Below are positions 13,002 to 27,000 of a stretch of DNA of 64,000 nucleotides, in pieces. The notes under the pieces were generated by a model. It did no database searches, was not told the DNA's origin, and saw nothing but the letters and a program-made list of their open reading frames with translations. Source of the stretch: Trichoplax adhaerens (Eukaryota > Animalia > Placozoa); contig NW_002060943.1 in assembly GCF_000150275.1 (NCBI RefSeq), forward strand, positions 1,664,832-1,728,831. Direction: 5' to 3'. The first letter of the stretch is position 1. The number at the start of each line of letters is the position of its first letter. A program made the position numbers and the translations under genes.

Positions 13002-14319
13002 TATCTATATTTAAGAGTAGGATATAGTTACAGTATATTCTAAATACACTAAAATAATAATAGAGGCTAACAGCTGCCATAGATAAACTGCGAACTTATT
13101 TAGAGAAAGGCATGGGACAGTTGGTAGTGCAGCTTAAGTAATAGCTTACTATATCTTACTAACAGCGATTAATAGCTGCCATACATAAACCGTATACTTA
13201 TGTAGAGAAAGGTATAGGACAGCTGATAGTGTTGCTTAACTAATAGCTTTCTATACCTTATTAATGTTTTTAAGAAAGCTTTAAAATTATACTGGGTCAA
13301 GGTTAGTTCATTTTTAAACAGGATATCACAGACCTTTTAATATCGAGTAACCAATATACAAACGTGTATCTCCTATCTTAAATTCATTCTCTTAGTTTTG
13401 GCTAGCATATCATTCAATCGAAGGATAAATATCCTTTATTCTGTGCTTATTTTTTTCTAACCTTTTCTGTAAACAAAGATGCAAAATTACTGGTTAATTA
13501 TTTTGGGCATTCTAATTTCATCTCTCCTGCATCTACTAAGCGTTGGAAGACATAGCGTCTGTTCATGATGATCGAAATAGAGTGACTTTGTGTACAAAAC
13601 TACTGATCATTTTATTTATGGTAGTTAGATTCCATTTTTCGTACGTATACTAAACATTAAAAGATACAAACTTCTATTCAAGGCGATCGCATTTTATTTA
13701 ACTCTATTTCTCAACTTCTGTTACAGTGACTATCTTCTATGCTTAATTCATGTAATAAGATCATTATTATTTGAGACATGAAACACTCTATTTAAACTGA
13801 ATCATTGCTAACCTTACATTAAATAGGATTCCTTTTTTACACCACGCTAATTAAACATAAAAGAATACATATAACCAAAGGAATAGAATCAGTAAGCCAT
13901 TACCTATTGTTTATGCTAATTATTCAGCTCTTCAATAACTATTGGAATGATTAGTAATACTATTGCTAATTAATTACGTCGTATTAAATGCCTTGCCAAG
14001 ACAATAAATTGAAATCAGTGGGTACAGAAAAGATAACTCTGTCTAGATGATTTTCCAGTAATTCTATAAATGTGACGAGCATCTGTAAAATATTGATGAC
14101 CTGCATTAATTTAAAATTAATTTGTGCTATTATTTCATATTTCCATTATCTACTGCATTATTTAGTAACTAATTAACGCTAAATAACAATTTAGACAAAT
14201 CGATAGTTACGATAAATCTCTTGATTAGATACAATATGGCTTTGTCTTATTGATTTAACTTTAGGAAACTATAATAAATGGGCAGTCAAGAAGTCTGATT
14301 GTTCAAATTTATAAATTGA

Positions 14320-16110
14320 TGCCAATTCCTTATACTGCAATAGAATTAGAATGATTGTTTAGAATCGTTTAAAATCAACTATTGCATGAAACGGTATTTA
14401 ATTCGATACTTGGGGCTTAAGCTACATTAGAAACAACATAAAACGCTTTTTGCGAGATATTTTATTCCATTATATTGTGGAAATGATGCCACCCAGCATT
14501 ATGTTATTTAATTTAATGGAATGGTTGTCCAAAACAGTTCAAATCAATAATTGAATGAAATCTAATTTCATATCTTGTACTTAAGCTAAAGTAGTACCAA
14601 CATAAGACGCCTTTTCAATATGCACTTATTTCAAATCGATAAATTTATACCACAATTCTATACTTTAGTTGAATTAGAATATTCGTTCAGAAAAATTAAA
14701 ACCAACATTTATATAGAACTTTTTTTAATTTGATACTTGGGAGCTTAAGCTACTTTAGCACCAACATAAATAGCTTTTTCCGAGACATTTTATTCCACTT
14801 CATTGAGGAAGCGGGGCTATCAAGCATCATGCTACTTAATTTAATGGAATGGTCGCTCAAAATAGTTCAAATCAACAATTTAATGGAATTCAATGCGATA
14901 CCTGGTACTTAAGCTACTGAGTAGCAACATAAAACACCTTTCCAATATACCATCTTTTCGAATGGATAGATTCATGATATCGTTCTATACTTCAGTTGAA
15001 TTAGAATAATTGTTCAAAACAGTTAAAATCATCTATTGCATAAAATTGTATTTCATTCGATGCCTGAAGCTTAAGCTACATTAGTACCGACATAAAATGT
15101 TTTTTTTGAGACAAACAATTCTATTATATTAAGAAAGTGATGCTAACAAGCACCAAGCTATTTAATTCGATTGGATGCTTGTCTAAAATAGTTCAAATCA
15201 GCGATTGAATGAAATCTAATTTGATTCCTGGTGCTAAGCTACAGTAGTACTAACATAAATCGCCTTTCCAATATCCAATTATTTTGAATTTATAGATTTA
15301 TGCTACCTTTCTAGACTTAAGTTGAACTAGAATAATTGGTCAGAATAATAAAAATCAGCTATTTCACGAAATTATACTTAATTCGATACCTGAGGCTTAA
15401 GCTACATCAGTACCAATATAGAACATTTCCCCAAGACATCCTATTCTGCTACGTATAGGAATTGATGTTCCTAGCACTATGCAACTTAATTCTATTTAAA
15501 ATTGATAGACTCATGCCACCATTCTATACTGCAATTGAATTAGAACGATTGTTTAAACGATTAAAATCAACTATTGCATAAAACAGTGTTTAACTCGATA
15601 ACTGGGGATTAAGCTGCATAAGTATCGATATAAAACACATTTCCAGAGACATTCTATTCTGCTATGTTGAGGAAATGATATTATCCCATGCTACTCAATC
15701 ATATTTAGGATTGATAGATTTATGATACTATTCTATATTTCAGTCGAATTAGAATGATTGTTTAGAGCAGTTAAAATCAATTATGGCGTGAAATGGCATT
15801 TCATTTGATGCCTGGGGCTTAAGCTACATTAGTACCAAGGTAAATCGCTTTTTCAGACGTTCTATTTTGCTAGGTTGAAGAATGGACGATAGCACCATGC
15901 TACTTAATTAAATAGAATGGTTGTCTAAAATAGTTAAAGTCAACTATGGAATGAAATAAATTTTTTTTGCAATAGTTGAATTTAAACCACACGGTGCTGA
16001 TTAATCATAAATTCTAATTCAGCTGCATTATAGAATGGTATCACGAATCTATCAATTCGAAATAGTCGGATATTGAAAGGCGTTTTTATGTCGATACTAC
16101 GTAGCTTAAA
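14320..16110. repeat. Degenerate tandem array, about 163-bp monomer in alternating A/B (about 327-bp) units, with an inverted terminal copy
   Basis: ttaagcta cores at about 14417, 14581, 14744, 14909, 15071, 15235, 15398, 15609 and 15819; recurring gaattagaat and agttcaaatca. 15970-16110 is the reverse complement of the unit. Confidence 0.85.
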
Positions 16111-17049
16111 TTACATTGATAAATTATTTTTCATAAGATTTATAGCAATTTTGTTTTCGCTAACTTATTAGCAGCTATTTCTAATCCTTCACCTTTACTG
16201 CGAATTGTAAACTAGATTATCTGGCTGTGTGGTAATTGGAATCAATTATATGACATTGATTGAATGATCACAGCAGCTTTCCGCAGCAAATATCCTACCT
16301 GGACAATTAATTAATGGTTACCGGTGCCATTCCAACACTGATAGTATTCTGTTGATTTCGTGAGATGTCTACCTATCCGAAATATCTAGAATGTTCATTT
16401 AAATTGCAATAATTACAAATTATATCTGCATCCGTCGATCTATTAAATTACGTGAATATGCAGATCATAAATAGAGGTTTTCTTTTGCACTAAATAATCT
16501 GCTTTACTAGCAGAAATGCCAAATAAAGTATCTGCTTCCGAAAAATTTTGGGCATATAAAATAGAGCACCTTTTCATGCTTCATGAAGTAGGATATACAG
16601 TAAATGTTATAAGAAATCATCGTGTTATTAACATGCCTTACAAGGATAGGCATAATTATTAAAATTAGCGCCAGGATTATTCCATTTGAGCTTTCTACCT
16701 TTGCATTAATTTTGCTACAGTTACAACATAAGTAAAATAGAACGGCAAATACAAAATTGATGAAAAATATCAAAGTTGTTATGACAGTAGAATATAGTAT
16801 AACAAGTTCAGCATTCATTTATCAACGGCAATCGTATAGAATTTTTGCAGATGAAAATTTTTTCTTTTCCATTATATTATTAGAAATCTTTTGCAAGAGA
16901 TTTTATTAATGTCTTTATGTTTATCGTTGCGATAAGATCATGCATGGTACATTTAAACTAATTTTTGTGGCTGGAAATATATTGCTCTTAATACTCTAAG
17001 AACTTTTATTAGCGGTGTACTCTAAAATTTGTCCTATAATAAAACTAAA

Positions 17050-18930
17050 TAACATAAATTAAATTCATTTTTTGTAGCTTTAAATTTCTCATTTCTAACT
17101 CTAAAGGAGCTTTCATGAATGCCCAATAATTATTGCCCATGTTGTCATCACTCTCATATAATCATCCAGTGTTGAATTGATTTTCTGGAAGTGTAAAGTT
17201 CTTGCTCTTCATTCTCTAAGAGCATTGGTCAATACTCACATTTAAACTACTGTGATACGATCAAAGAGTATTAAATTATATTAGTTTTCTGAAGCTAAAA
17301 AATTCTTGCTGTTAATTCTATACCGGCTTTTCATGAATGCCTGTATTGTCGTAATAGAATCAAGCAGTATTAATTAAATTGATTCTCTTTATAAGTGCAA
17401 ATTTCTTGCTTTTGATCTTTTAAAAACTTTATGAATGTCCTTCTTTCACCACCGTTATATCATCGTAAAATATTTAATTAAATTGTTTTTCTGTCGCTGA
17501 AAGTTTCTTACGATTAATTCTAGAAGAGCCTTTATGATTGCCTGTATTTCTTATCGTCGTGATAGAATCATGCCCTTTAAAATAAGTAAGCATTCTATCC
17601 CTGCAAATTTGTTTCTCTTCATTGTATAACCATCGGTCTTACTCTCATCATAGCGATCTACTGTAATCATACAATGTTAAATTGATTTTTTGTAGCAGAA
17701 AATTTTTTTCCTGTTAATTCTATATGACCTTTGTTAAATGCCTGAGTTGTTGTTGTGATAGAATCAAGCAGTATTAAATTGAATCGATTTTTCATTAACT
17801 GCAAATCTCCCTTCTTTCCATCACTGACACATAATGAATCACCAAATATTCAATTGAATCGTTTTTCTGTGGCTGAAAGTTGTTACGATTAACTCTAGAA
17901 AAGCTTTTACGATTACTTGTGTTTCTCATCGTCATATTAGAATCATGTAGCATTAAAATAAGCTGATATTCCATCGCTACAAATTCATTGCTCTTGACTA
18001 TGTCACTGCTGCTCCTATCCTCATCACAGTGATATAGTCGTACAGTGTTAAATGGATCCCCTGTAACTGGGAATTTCTTGCTGTTAACTCTAGAATAGCT
18101 TTTATGAATGCCTGCGTGCATTTGGTCTGGTAGAATTGTGCAGTGTTCAAGTTTGCTAATTTTCTATAGCTACAAATTTCGGGGCTTTGATCCTGTAATC
18201 GCCTTTATTAATGCTCTTATTTTCATTATTACGTTACAATTATGCAGCGTTAAGTTAATTTTCAGTAGCTGAGAATTTCTTACTCTTAACACTATAAGAG
18301 CTGCAGTTGCTGTAATGCTCATGTTCACATGGCGATGCCATCATGTAGTATTCAGTATTGATTGATTTTCTGCAGTTACTAATATCTTGCTTTTAATTCT
18401 CAAAGAGCTTTTATTAATGCTCTTATTTAAGACATTGTTACATAATCACGCAGCAGCTAATTGAATTGATTTCCTGCAGCTGGAAATTTCCTATTCTTAA
18501 TCTCAGATGTGCTTTTATTCATGGCCGTATTCTTGTCACGGCGCCATCATCAAGTGGTGTTCAATTGAATTGAGTTTTTATGGTTAAGATTTTCTTGTTT
18601 TTTTAATTCTCTAAAAGCGTTCGTTCATATTCATATTCTATTGTAATTATAGAATCATGTAGAATTAAATCGAATTGATTTTCTGTAGCTGGAAATATTT
18701 TACTTTTTAATTCCCTGAGAACGTTCCTATTCTAACGTAGTTCTAACGTAGTTATGGAATCATACAGAATTAAATCGAATTCATTTTCTGTGGCTAGAAA
18801 TTTCTTGCTTTTAATTCTCTTACAGTATTTATCCATATTAATATCCCTACAAGATTATAAAGTAGACTCATGTAGTGTTAAATCGAGTTGATTTCCTATA
18901 GCTGAAAGTTTCTTGTTCTTAATTCTCTAC
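17050..18930. repeat. Degenerate tandem array, about 100-105-bp unit, roughly 18 copies
   Basis: Consensus-like ttgattttctgtagctggaaatttcttgcttttaattctct recurs at about 17065, 17178, 17281, 17380, 17483, 17682, 18362, 18466, 18570, 18675, 18780 and 18888. Confidence 0.85.
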
Positions 18931-19879
18931 CTGTGTAATAAACTCTTATTTAAAAAGAAAACTTACTCCATTGCCGTAATAAAGCTTAAAATTAAAGTAT
19001 TTACAGGTTATGAATATAATGAACTTAGTCAACTTTGAAATATCTTGCAATTATGTATTACCAGTGGTGCTTTACGCTTAGTGAAAACTGATTGCATGCT
19101 ATAAGATAGAATAAATATGAAAATCAATAAAACTAACTATAGTTGCTTCAGTGCCTGTAACATTTAGAACTCTATACGATAGGATAGGTTGCCTTTCCTC
19201 ATGTTGATGGATACCTTATGATCTGAAATATATCGTAGAGATGATAATAACTGAATGTCAAAACTTTCAGTGGCTGCAGCAGCGCTAATAAACAAGTGTA
19301 ATTCACATAAGAAGTATTTGGAAGGAGAAGCCTTTCCTTCCATTAGAAAACCCAAATTGAAGTTATAGTATCGCCCGATTAATAAAGGGCAAATTCTTAT
19401 AAAAGTATGCTACAATGCATGCTGATTTAGATTAGCTAATTCAATGAAAAAATTCGACTCCTACTGAATCTAGTCATTGACGACGGTGCTACTTGGACAT
19501 AATCCATGTCGAAGGTTGTCGATGTATGAAATGACCTCCATCTTTAAAAATACTTCGCCAATTGCCAAGATGCCGGACATTTGAAAATAGATTTCAGGTA
19601 CAATATCATGCACGATAATATTAACTTAAAGTCGGTACGGACAGAGTCTAAGGAATTTTAAAGCGAAGGCAAATATTCATCGGCATATTCAATGGGTACC
19701 GTGTAAGTTGGAAGCGGCCATTGTGGGCTAAATTAAGGCATTGGATATTATCTACTAATGGGGTAGCCAAAATTGAGGTTTAAGCCCTAGTTTCAAAGGA
19801 CGAAAAACAGGTTTTAGGATTGACAGGAATAATGCCTTTATCTTCCCTTTAAATTTGCCAGCATTTGTCTTGAACGCTT

Positions 19880-21040
19880 AAAGTAAAATGAATTTACATT
19901 ATTTGCTGTCTTGATTAAAGTGCTAGCTAGTAAAGTAATATACCGAGTTATCCTCTTAACTTGCCGGTATCTGTCATAAAGCTTAAAATGAATTTACAGT
20001 ATTCGTTGTCGTGATTCTCAACATGTATGCTCATCTAATAATAATAATAATATGCCGAGCTATCCTTTCAATATGTCTGTATCTATCATTAAGGTAAAAA
20101 TCAAATTTTGTATTCTTCGCTGTCATGACTGAGATGTAATAGAATAAATCAATCGATCTATTCTTTAAACTTGCTGCCTCCTTCTGTTTCCAAAATTGAA
20201 AATAAAGCGAGTTTATATTCTTTACTGTCATGATTGAGATGGAAAAGCGTAAAATAATATACCAGCTATCCTTGCCAGTTGTGTTATCAAATTTTAAGTA
20301 AAATGAATTTGTATTATTTACTGTCAAGACTGAGATATAAGCTAGGTAAAATAGTATATCGAGCTATTCTTTAAACTTGCAGCCTATAGCTATCTCCAAG
20401 ATTTAAAATAAAATAAGCTTGCATTATTCGCTGTGATCACTGAGATATGGGCTAGTAAAATGATGTATTAACCTGACCTACTCTTCATACCTGTTGCCCA
20501 TTTCTATCTCCATCATTTCAAATAAAATAAACTTGCCTTAGTTGCTTTTTTGATTGAAAGGTAGGCTAGTAAAGTGATATATCGAGCTATTCTTTAATTA
20601 ATTAAGCTAAATGTCCAAAATTGTCTCTAAGATTTAAAATAAATGAATTTCCATTATTCGCTGTTGTGCTTGAGATGTAAGTTAGTAAAATAATATATCG
20701 AGCTATTCTTTGGTTTAAACTTATTTTCTATATCTTTTTACTAGGTTTAAAATGAAAAAACTTGCTTTAACGCTGCCATAACTGAGGTGTAAGCTAGTAA
20801 AATAATATATCGAGCTATTCTTTGATTTAAACTTATTGTCCATATCTGTTTACAAGGTTTAAAACAAAAAACTTGCTTTATACGCTGTCTTAACTGAGGT
20901 GTAAGCTGGTAAATAATATATTAAGCAATTGGTTTATCCCTTGAACTTGTCAGTATCTGTCATTAGAGTTAAAAATAAAATGGACTTGCATTACTCACTG
21001 CTTTGATTAAGGTAGAAGCTAGGAAATAATATATCAAAGT
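19880..21040. repeat. Degenerate tandem array, about 112-bp unit, about 11 copies
   Basis: gctagtaaaataatatatcgagctattcttt-like cores at about 19926, 20341, 20451, 20565, 20681, 20793, 20905 and 21018. Confidence 0.85.
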
Positions 21041-24000
21041 TAAGGTTGTCCGAGATTTGACTTGCTAATCGAATGTAGTTCAATATCAGTCATTGTCAAT
21101 TTCTTGAATTCTACCCTACTTCTATTACTGCCCAAAACCAAATTTAGGTAGCCATACTCTAGGATTACCTATTCTACAACAAGAAATCTACGAAATTAAA
21201 GTAAGGTAGGTAGATTCAATTCCTTAATCTACGAATTCTCCAATCTTCTTGCGTAGAAATCATACGACGATTTTAACTATGAAATCAATCGTTAACTAAT
21301 CACAGAAAATAATCAAAAGGATTGATCAACTATTGAATTTGGTTTTCCATCACCTTTACTACTAGCGAATAACAAGCAATATCATATGTATTTCATTTTG
21401 CTGTAGCGTAATTCATAGAGCAAGGAAGCTTTAGGAAGCTCAAGGAAATGAAGCATTTTCAAAGCTAAAATAATTTGAATCAATCACCCAGCAACGTAGT
21501 ACAAATTATACACAATAAATTACTGTACAGTATACCAACAACTTGAATCAACTCTTGCAAGTACTACTATCTAATTTGACGCTGTCAAATATCCAAATAT
21601 CCAACATCATTCATCATCTTATTCACTAATAATTCATTGAAGTTAGAACTCATTCCTACACGACTCTTTTGGTGCCCTGTAGACAAATGGAATAGTTCCC
21701 TTTTCCTTGATACTCTTTGAGTTCATTTTTTTTTTCTTTAACAGACTGAGCGTTTCCCATTGTATAGGATAATGGAAAATTCTAAAATTAAATAATGAAG
21801 CCATAATAGCTGTCTTAACGAATCTATGAAAATAAAATAGCATATTGAGTAAGCAACTATCATGTCTTATTTGTTTTCATCATCAATACATCGCATTAGA
21901 TGCATAGAGTAACAGACTTGTTTAGGTGGTTAATTCTTTCTCAACAATAAAAGGATATTTCTTCATAGTGTGTTGTTTAAATACCCTACATTATTAGAGC
22001 TGTAAGCATTATAATGGAGAATAGATGATAATCCAGGTAATGTTAATTTACTGTATTAAAATTGTCTCCTAGGTAATGTATACTTGAATCAATTACAATA
22101 CTCATAGAAGCGCTAGAATACAGCAGATTAGTAGCATGCATGTTGCCTTGGTCAATCACCATTGATTGAAATAGATATTTTTAGTCATTTAATTTAATGT
22201 CAACCATCCAATTTATTCCCTTGGTAGTTGTTCGACAATATCCTACTACAGAAAAAATGGCTGTATCATACGTAGCAATTCTTTAGCTTATAGCTACTAT
22301 AGTAGAAGACACTTGAATTAAGCGAGAAGCTCGGGCATAATCTTGTAGATTGGAATTGATACGAGTGATTGCTATTTCCTACTTTGATACAATACTTTAT
22401 AGGCCTATATTATAGCTATACAAGGGCAAAGTGTAGGATATCAATTAGAATCAGACATAATTACTTTGGCTGTAAATGAAATATACTCAAGATTTAATTC
22501 AATGGAATAGCATTATGTTATTTAACTATTGTAGGCAATAATCTGTAGCAAGCATTAAACTATTTATCAGGGTATCTTAGTTTGTATAATAACGAAACAG
22601 TCTCCTCTAGTAATAGGCAATGATTGAATTATTACTATTTGAATTTAACTTTGTTTCTATGACATACAAGGAAAGTATTGGTACATGTGGTCAAGTAAGG
22701 AAAATTGACTAATGGATACCTTTAATTAATTTATTCAGCCCTGAATGTGGAGATGATGCAATGACATGGATTATGTAATTATTGACTCCGCTCTTGGACA
22801 TTTTAGGAAATCTTTTTCAGTTCTGCAAATGTCCCCGGTACTGTATTGACCATGACAGATAGAAGGGAATCTCGATTTATGAAAGAAAGCATCTCATAGC
22901 AAATTTTATTATCATATCATTGTCAGCATGGTTGAAACTAGTTTCTAGGATAAATGTCAGCATAATCACCATACTAGCGACAAATATATCGTAAGTTTAC
23001 ACCGATTCATGCTTGATGGTACTACTTTGCAATATAAAACACTAGAGAAGCCTATCTTGCCGCTATCTAATAGCAAAGATAAAATAGACGCCAATTTTGA
23101 CGGACATTTTGCCGTGCAATTCTCTTCATTTATGATTATTTCTACCGCATTCTACTTGATTAACATAGACTCATTTCATAAAATGAATAGCAGCATTGGA
23201 CTAGAGTAAATAATATCTGATTAATATACAGGTATGTATCATATTGTACACAGGAATGATGACGTCTATCATGACATATGTTGTAATATAAACATATTTT
23301 GCCTCTGCTAGGATGGCAATTTTTGCCGCTATGATGGAATTGAGGTGGATAAGGTGGCTAGCAGCTCTTTTTAACTTTAACCAGGAGAAAGTATACTTCG
23401 TTATAGGATTGGGGCTTTTGATTGTTTTTGATCTTATTGTATCAGGATCGTTTTCAACTTTTGCAACAGCGGTCATTGATCATCTGCCGTTGAAAAGGGA
23501 AGAAAAAATCATTTTCTCTCTACTTTCTCCAATATAGAGATTTTCGATCTATTAAAAAAATAGAATGGATTGCATTGATCATTCTTCTTAGGGTGTCTAT
23601 TAGTTTTATTCAAGCCATTGTAGTCATTGCTGTGGACTTGATAGCATCTTATTATCCATTAATAAATTACTTCTGGGCTGTAATCGCCTGAAATAACTAT
23701 TGACTCGCATAAAGACAATAGTCTTCTTATTTTGTTAATCTATATTCTTCTCTACAAACAAACTGTAAACTATTATTCAACTCATTTGGATCCACTGTTT
23801 GAAACTATTTTTCTTCTGACCGCCAATTTTAACGGCTGCTTTATTACGATAACAAAGCAACAACATCATTACTGTATAAAGATCAATGCAATCATCAAGT
23901 GAATAGATTCCATCATATAGATTTTTCTTTATAGCGATGATATTGTTTTAATCATTGTTAATTTAGTATATTCATTCCCCTTTTTGACCATTAATGCATA

Positions 24001-27000
24001 AATTCTTGTGTTGTATTCTCCATTCAATGATAATAATATTGCTAATCGCAATTATTGATCGTCATTCTCAATAGTCAATGCATAATAATGCGACAAAAGG
24101 TGAAGAAAAGCTGTATAACACAGTGAAAAAAAAGTGATTCTCTTGTCTATTCATAGTGGAAGAATAATTTGTGGATATGTTGTATGCAATCGATCAATGC
24201 GTTGATTTCCTATATCAAGAATAGGCGATCCTTTTTCAGTGGATACAATCTTTAATATTGAAATCGAGCTCGATTAGCAAAAATATTGACCCACTCTCAA
24301 GGCAGAACGACACGATAGAATAATGATGCTATCCAATTCCCTCCCCTTCGTTTAATTTCTAGTTTGTTAACGCGTAATTATCCGCTGACAGGCGATCAAC
24401 AGAAATAACAGCTGCTAATCATATAAGAAGGAGGCTGGTGCAATAGAATATCACCAACAATAGTGGCAACAATTCTGTTTTATGTTGTGTATTATAGCTT
24501 ATTCTAATTTAAACAATACTTCCCCATGAATAAAAAGAATGAAAGATTCTTTCAAAAAACAGCTGCTAATGACCTGATGATGATGATGATGATGACTCAA
24601 AGGCGTAGCAAACTTTATTTTTTATTTTTTATTTTTTTTTTACTCTCTCTCTCACGTACAGTTCTTCCTTTATTTTTGTTGATCTTTTTATAACATCCTT
24701 CTACAGGATGCTCATACACATCTGTCACTAAAAGTATGCTAAGCTGGATAACTTCCATTCCATTTAAATACTATTCAATTCGATTGATGAAGTTATTATG
24801 CAATAACAGTAGTCTTGACAAGTAATTCAATAACTTCAATAGAAAGCATAATAACAGCTTTAAATTTATTCTATTAGCTTACAATGTCAATCTGAAGTCT
24901 ATCGTCCTTTTTTTTTACATCTATAGATCTAATTATTTTTTTATTTCTAGGAATAAAATTGGTATGACGCAACCAGTTTTTTTTAATAACTTTAACTTAA
25001 AGCTATAGAAAAGGAACATTTCTATACATTTGGAGCTTAAAATGGTCGCCAACTTGTTATTCAGTGAAAACTAGATCCATCATGATCGATAGGCAATGAT
25101 CACGAGCAAGGAGTAGGAAATTGAAAATTACATATTTACCTTTCTACTCATCTTCATCATGACATCATGAAGATAAAGCTGTCAAGGCATCCATTCAATA
25201 GATTCAATTTTCCGACCGCAAAATAACCTTCAAGCCTATTGTTCGCGCGGAAAGTAATTTTACAATATTAATCCGTACAAGCGGGAGAAATAAAAAAATA
25301 GGAGAGTACTAACCACAAATTGAATTTAATGTTAATTCTGTTTACTGTCTTGTTATTATTATTCAAGTTACTGTAATTCAATTATGTTGAAGACAACAAC
25401 ATGTTGTAAGAATGTTTTCTACGTTCTAGGAGAAACCACGAGATAAACTAAAGTATAATATCTACATAAAAGAAATTGAATTGTTCCAACCTTGATGATT
25501 AATTGTCTACAAGTCAATATTTTTCTCCTCCTACTACCTTGCCTCTATTCATAGTAACAAATTCATCATTTTACTTGTCAATAGTGATTGATCTATTCAA
25601 AATGGACAGAAACAATTCGATATGTCAACAGGATGATGATCATGATGGACATGTTCAACTCGTCGATATAAAAGTTATCAACGAAAAAGAATAATATCAT
25701 TGCAAAATAATGCATGATTATACAACTAGCGTATTTGTATTTCCGCTATTTATTATTTTCCCCTGGGATTGAATAGGCCAATGACACAATGTTGGTTAAC
25801 TTTAAATTTGCAACAAGTGACAATGGTAATTAGACAAATGTTCAAATTGGATCGATAATTTCATCTGCATCCAAGTTGTTACTTATTCCAACTTGATCCA
25901 TAATAGATACACTAATTAGAATAGATTCTATTTATTAACAATCTTTCATTGATTTCATTCATCCTGTCTACTTGCTTTTATATTGTTTCACTGGTAATAA
26001 GCTAGATTAAAAAATCATAGTAGTGTTCATAGTGAATCGATAGTCCATTCTCATTCGATCGAGGGCTTTAATTCGGGCCTACGCTTTTCTCATGACAATC
26101 AATAAAAATCAAAAACATGCTACCACGAGGATTTCTTACATTATTTGTCTACAATACGGGACAATATAGACATCGATAGTCATTAAAATGAACATTACTA
26201 ACTTATAGAATTGAGCTAATGGATGTGTTACAAAAACAAATTCTGAAATGTCAACCACAGTATTAATAGGCTAATGTTAACCTAAAGAAGAAACATGATT
26301 AAAACAGATGTAATGAAAAATTAAAACAATAAATCTTGAACTTCAGCGGTAGTTCAATCTTTCATTCCTATTATACGAACCATCGAGATTTTATTACCTC
26401 TATAATACGAACAAAGCATCGTCCATTTTTATCCGCTCAATAAAAGTGAGTCCTACTGCATAAGGGATATTTTGAAAACAATCTAATTCATCAATAGAGT
26501 TATATTATAAGTCATTGTCACAACAATTCTAACATAAAAATGTTTGATTAGCTTTAGAATCAATTCAGTTCATGATAGCAGGATGCATTAATTACAATGT
26601 ACGTATATCTTAACTAAAGCTGCCACATCTACGATCTTCTGGTTGTAAGATTTTATCGTGATATCGCAGCTATTAAAGTACAGGAATAGCATGGATTGAT
26701 GATGAGAAAACATCCATTTCTCTATGCTATTTGATAATTAACTAACAGTAGTAAAATCTTGAAAAGTGCTATAGAGCATAAAGTGGTAATGGTATCATGA
26801 AATACTTTTACAGTTAAAAATATTCATTCAACAAATTAAATCATTACTCTTCAGTTTTCATTCAGTTGGACAATCGAGGCAGTGCGGTAGTAACGCAGTT
26901 ATTATGCATCCAGGTTACTGCTTCAGTATAGGTACAGAAATGCTAATCATGTGCTATTTAACATCCAAAGCCATGACATAATAAGGGATTGCAAAGGGTT

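Noticed and set aside
19164-19780. GC-richer island with short ORFs between arrays
   Set aside because: No continuous frame or recognisable motif on either strand.
14320-21040. Tandem arrays as CRISPR arrays or coding repeats (TPR/ankyrin); ORFs 14730-14912, 17795-18121 and 20031-20327
   Set aside because: Eukaryotic context, no identical repeats with unique spacers, unit lengths vary by non-multiples of 3, frequent stops and no repeat-protein consensus.
23009-23537. Three overlapping short ORFs
   Set aside because: No homology cues or convincing splice structure; consistent with chance.
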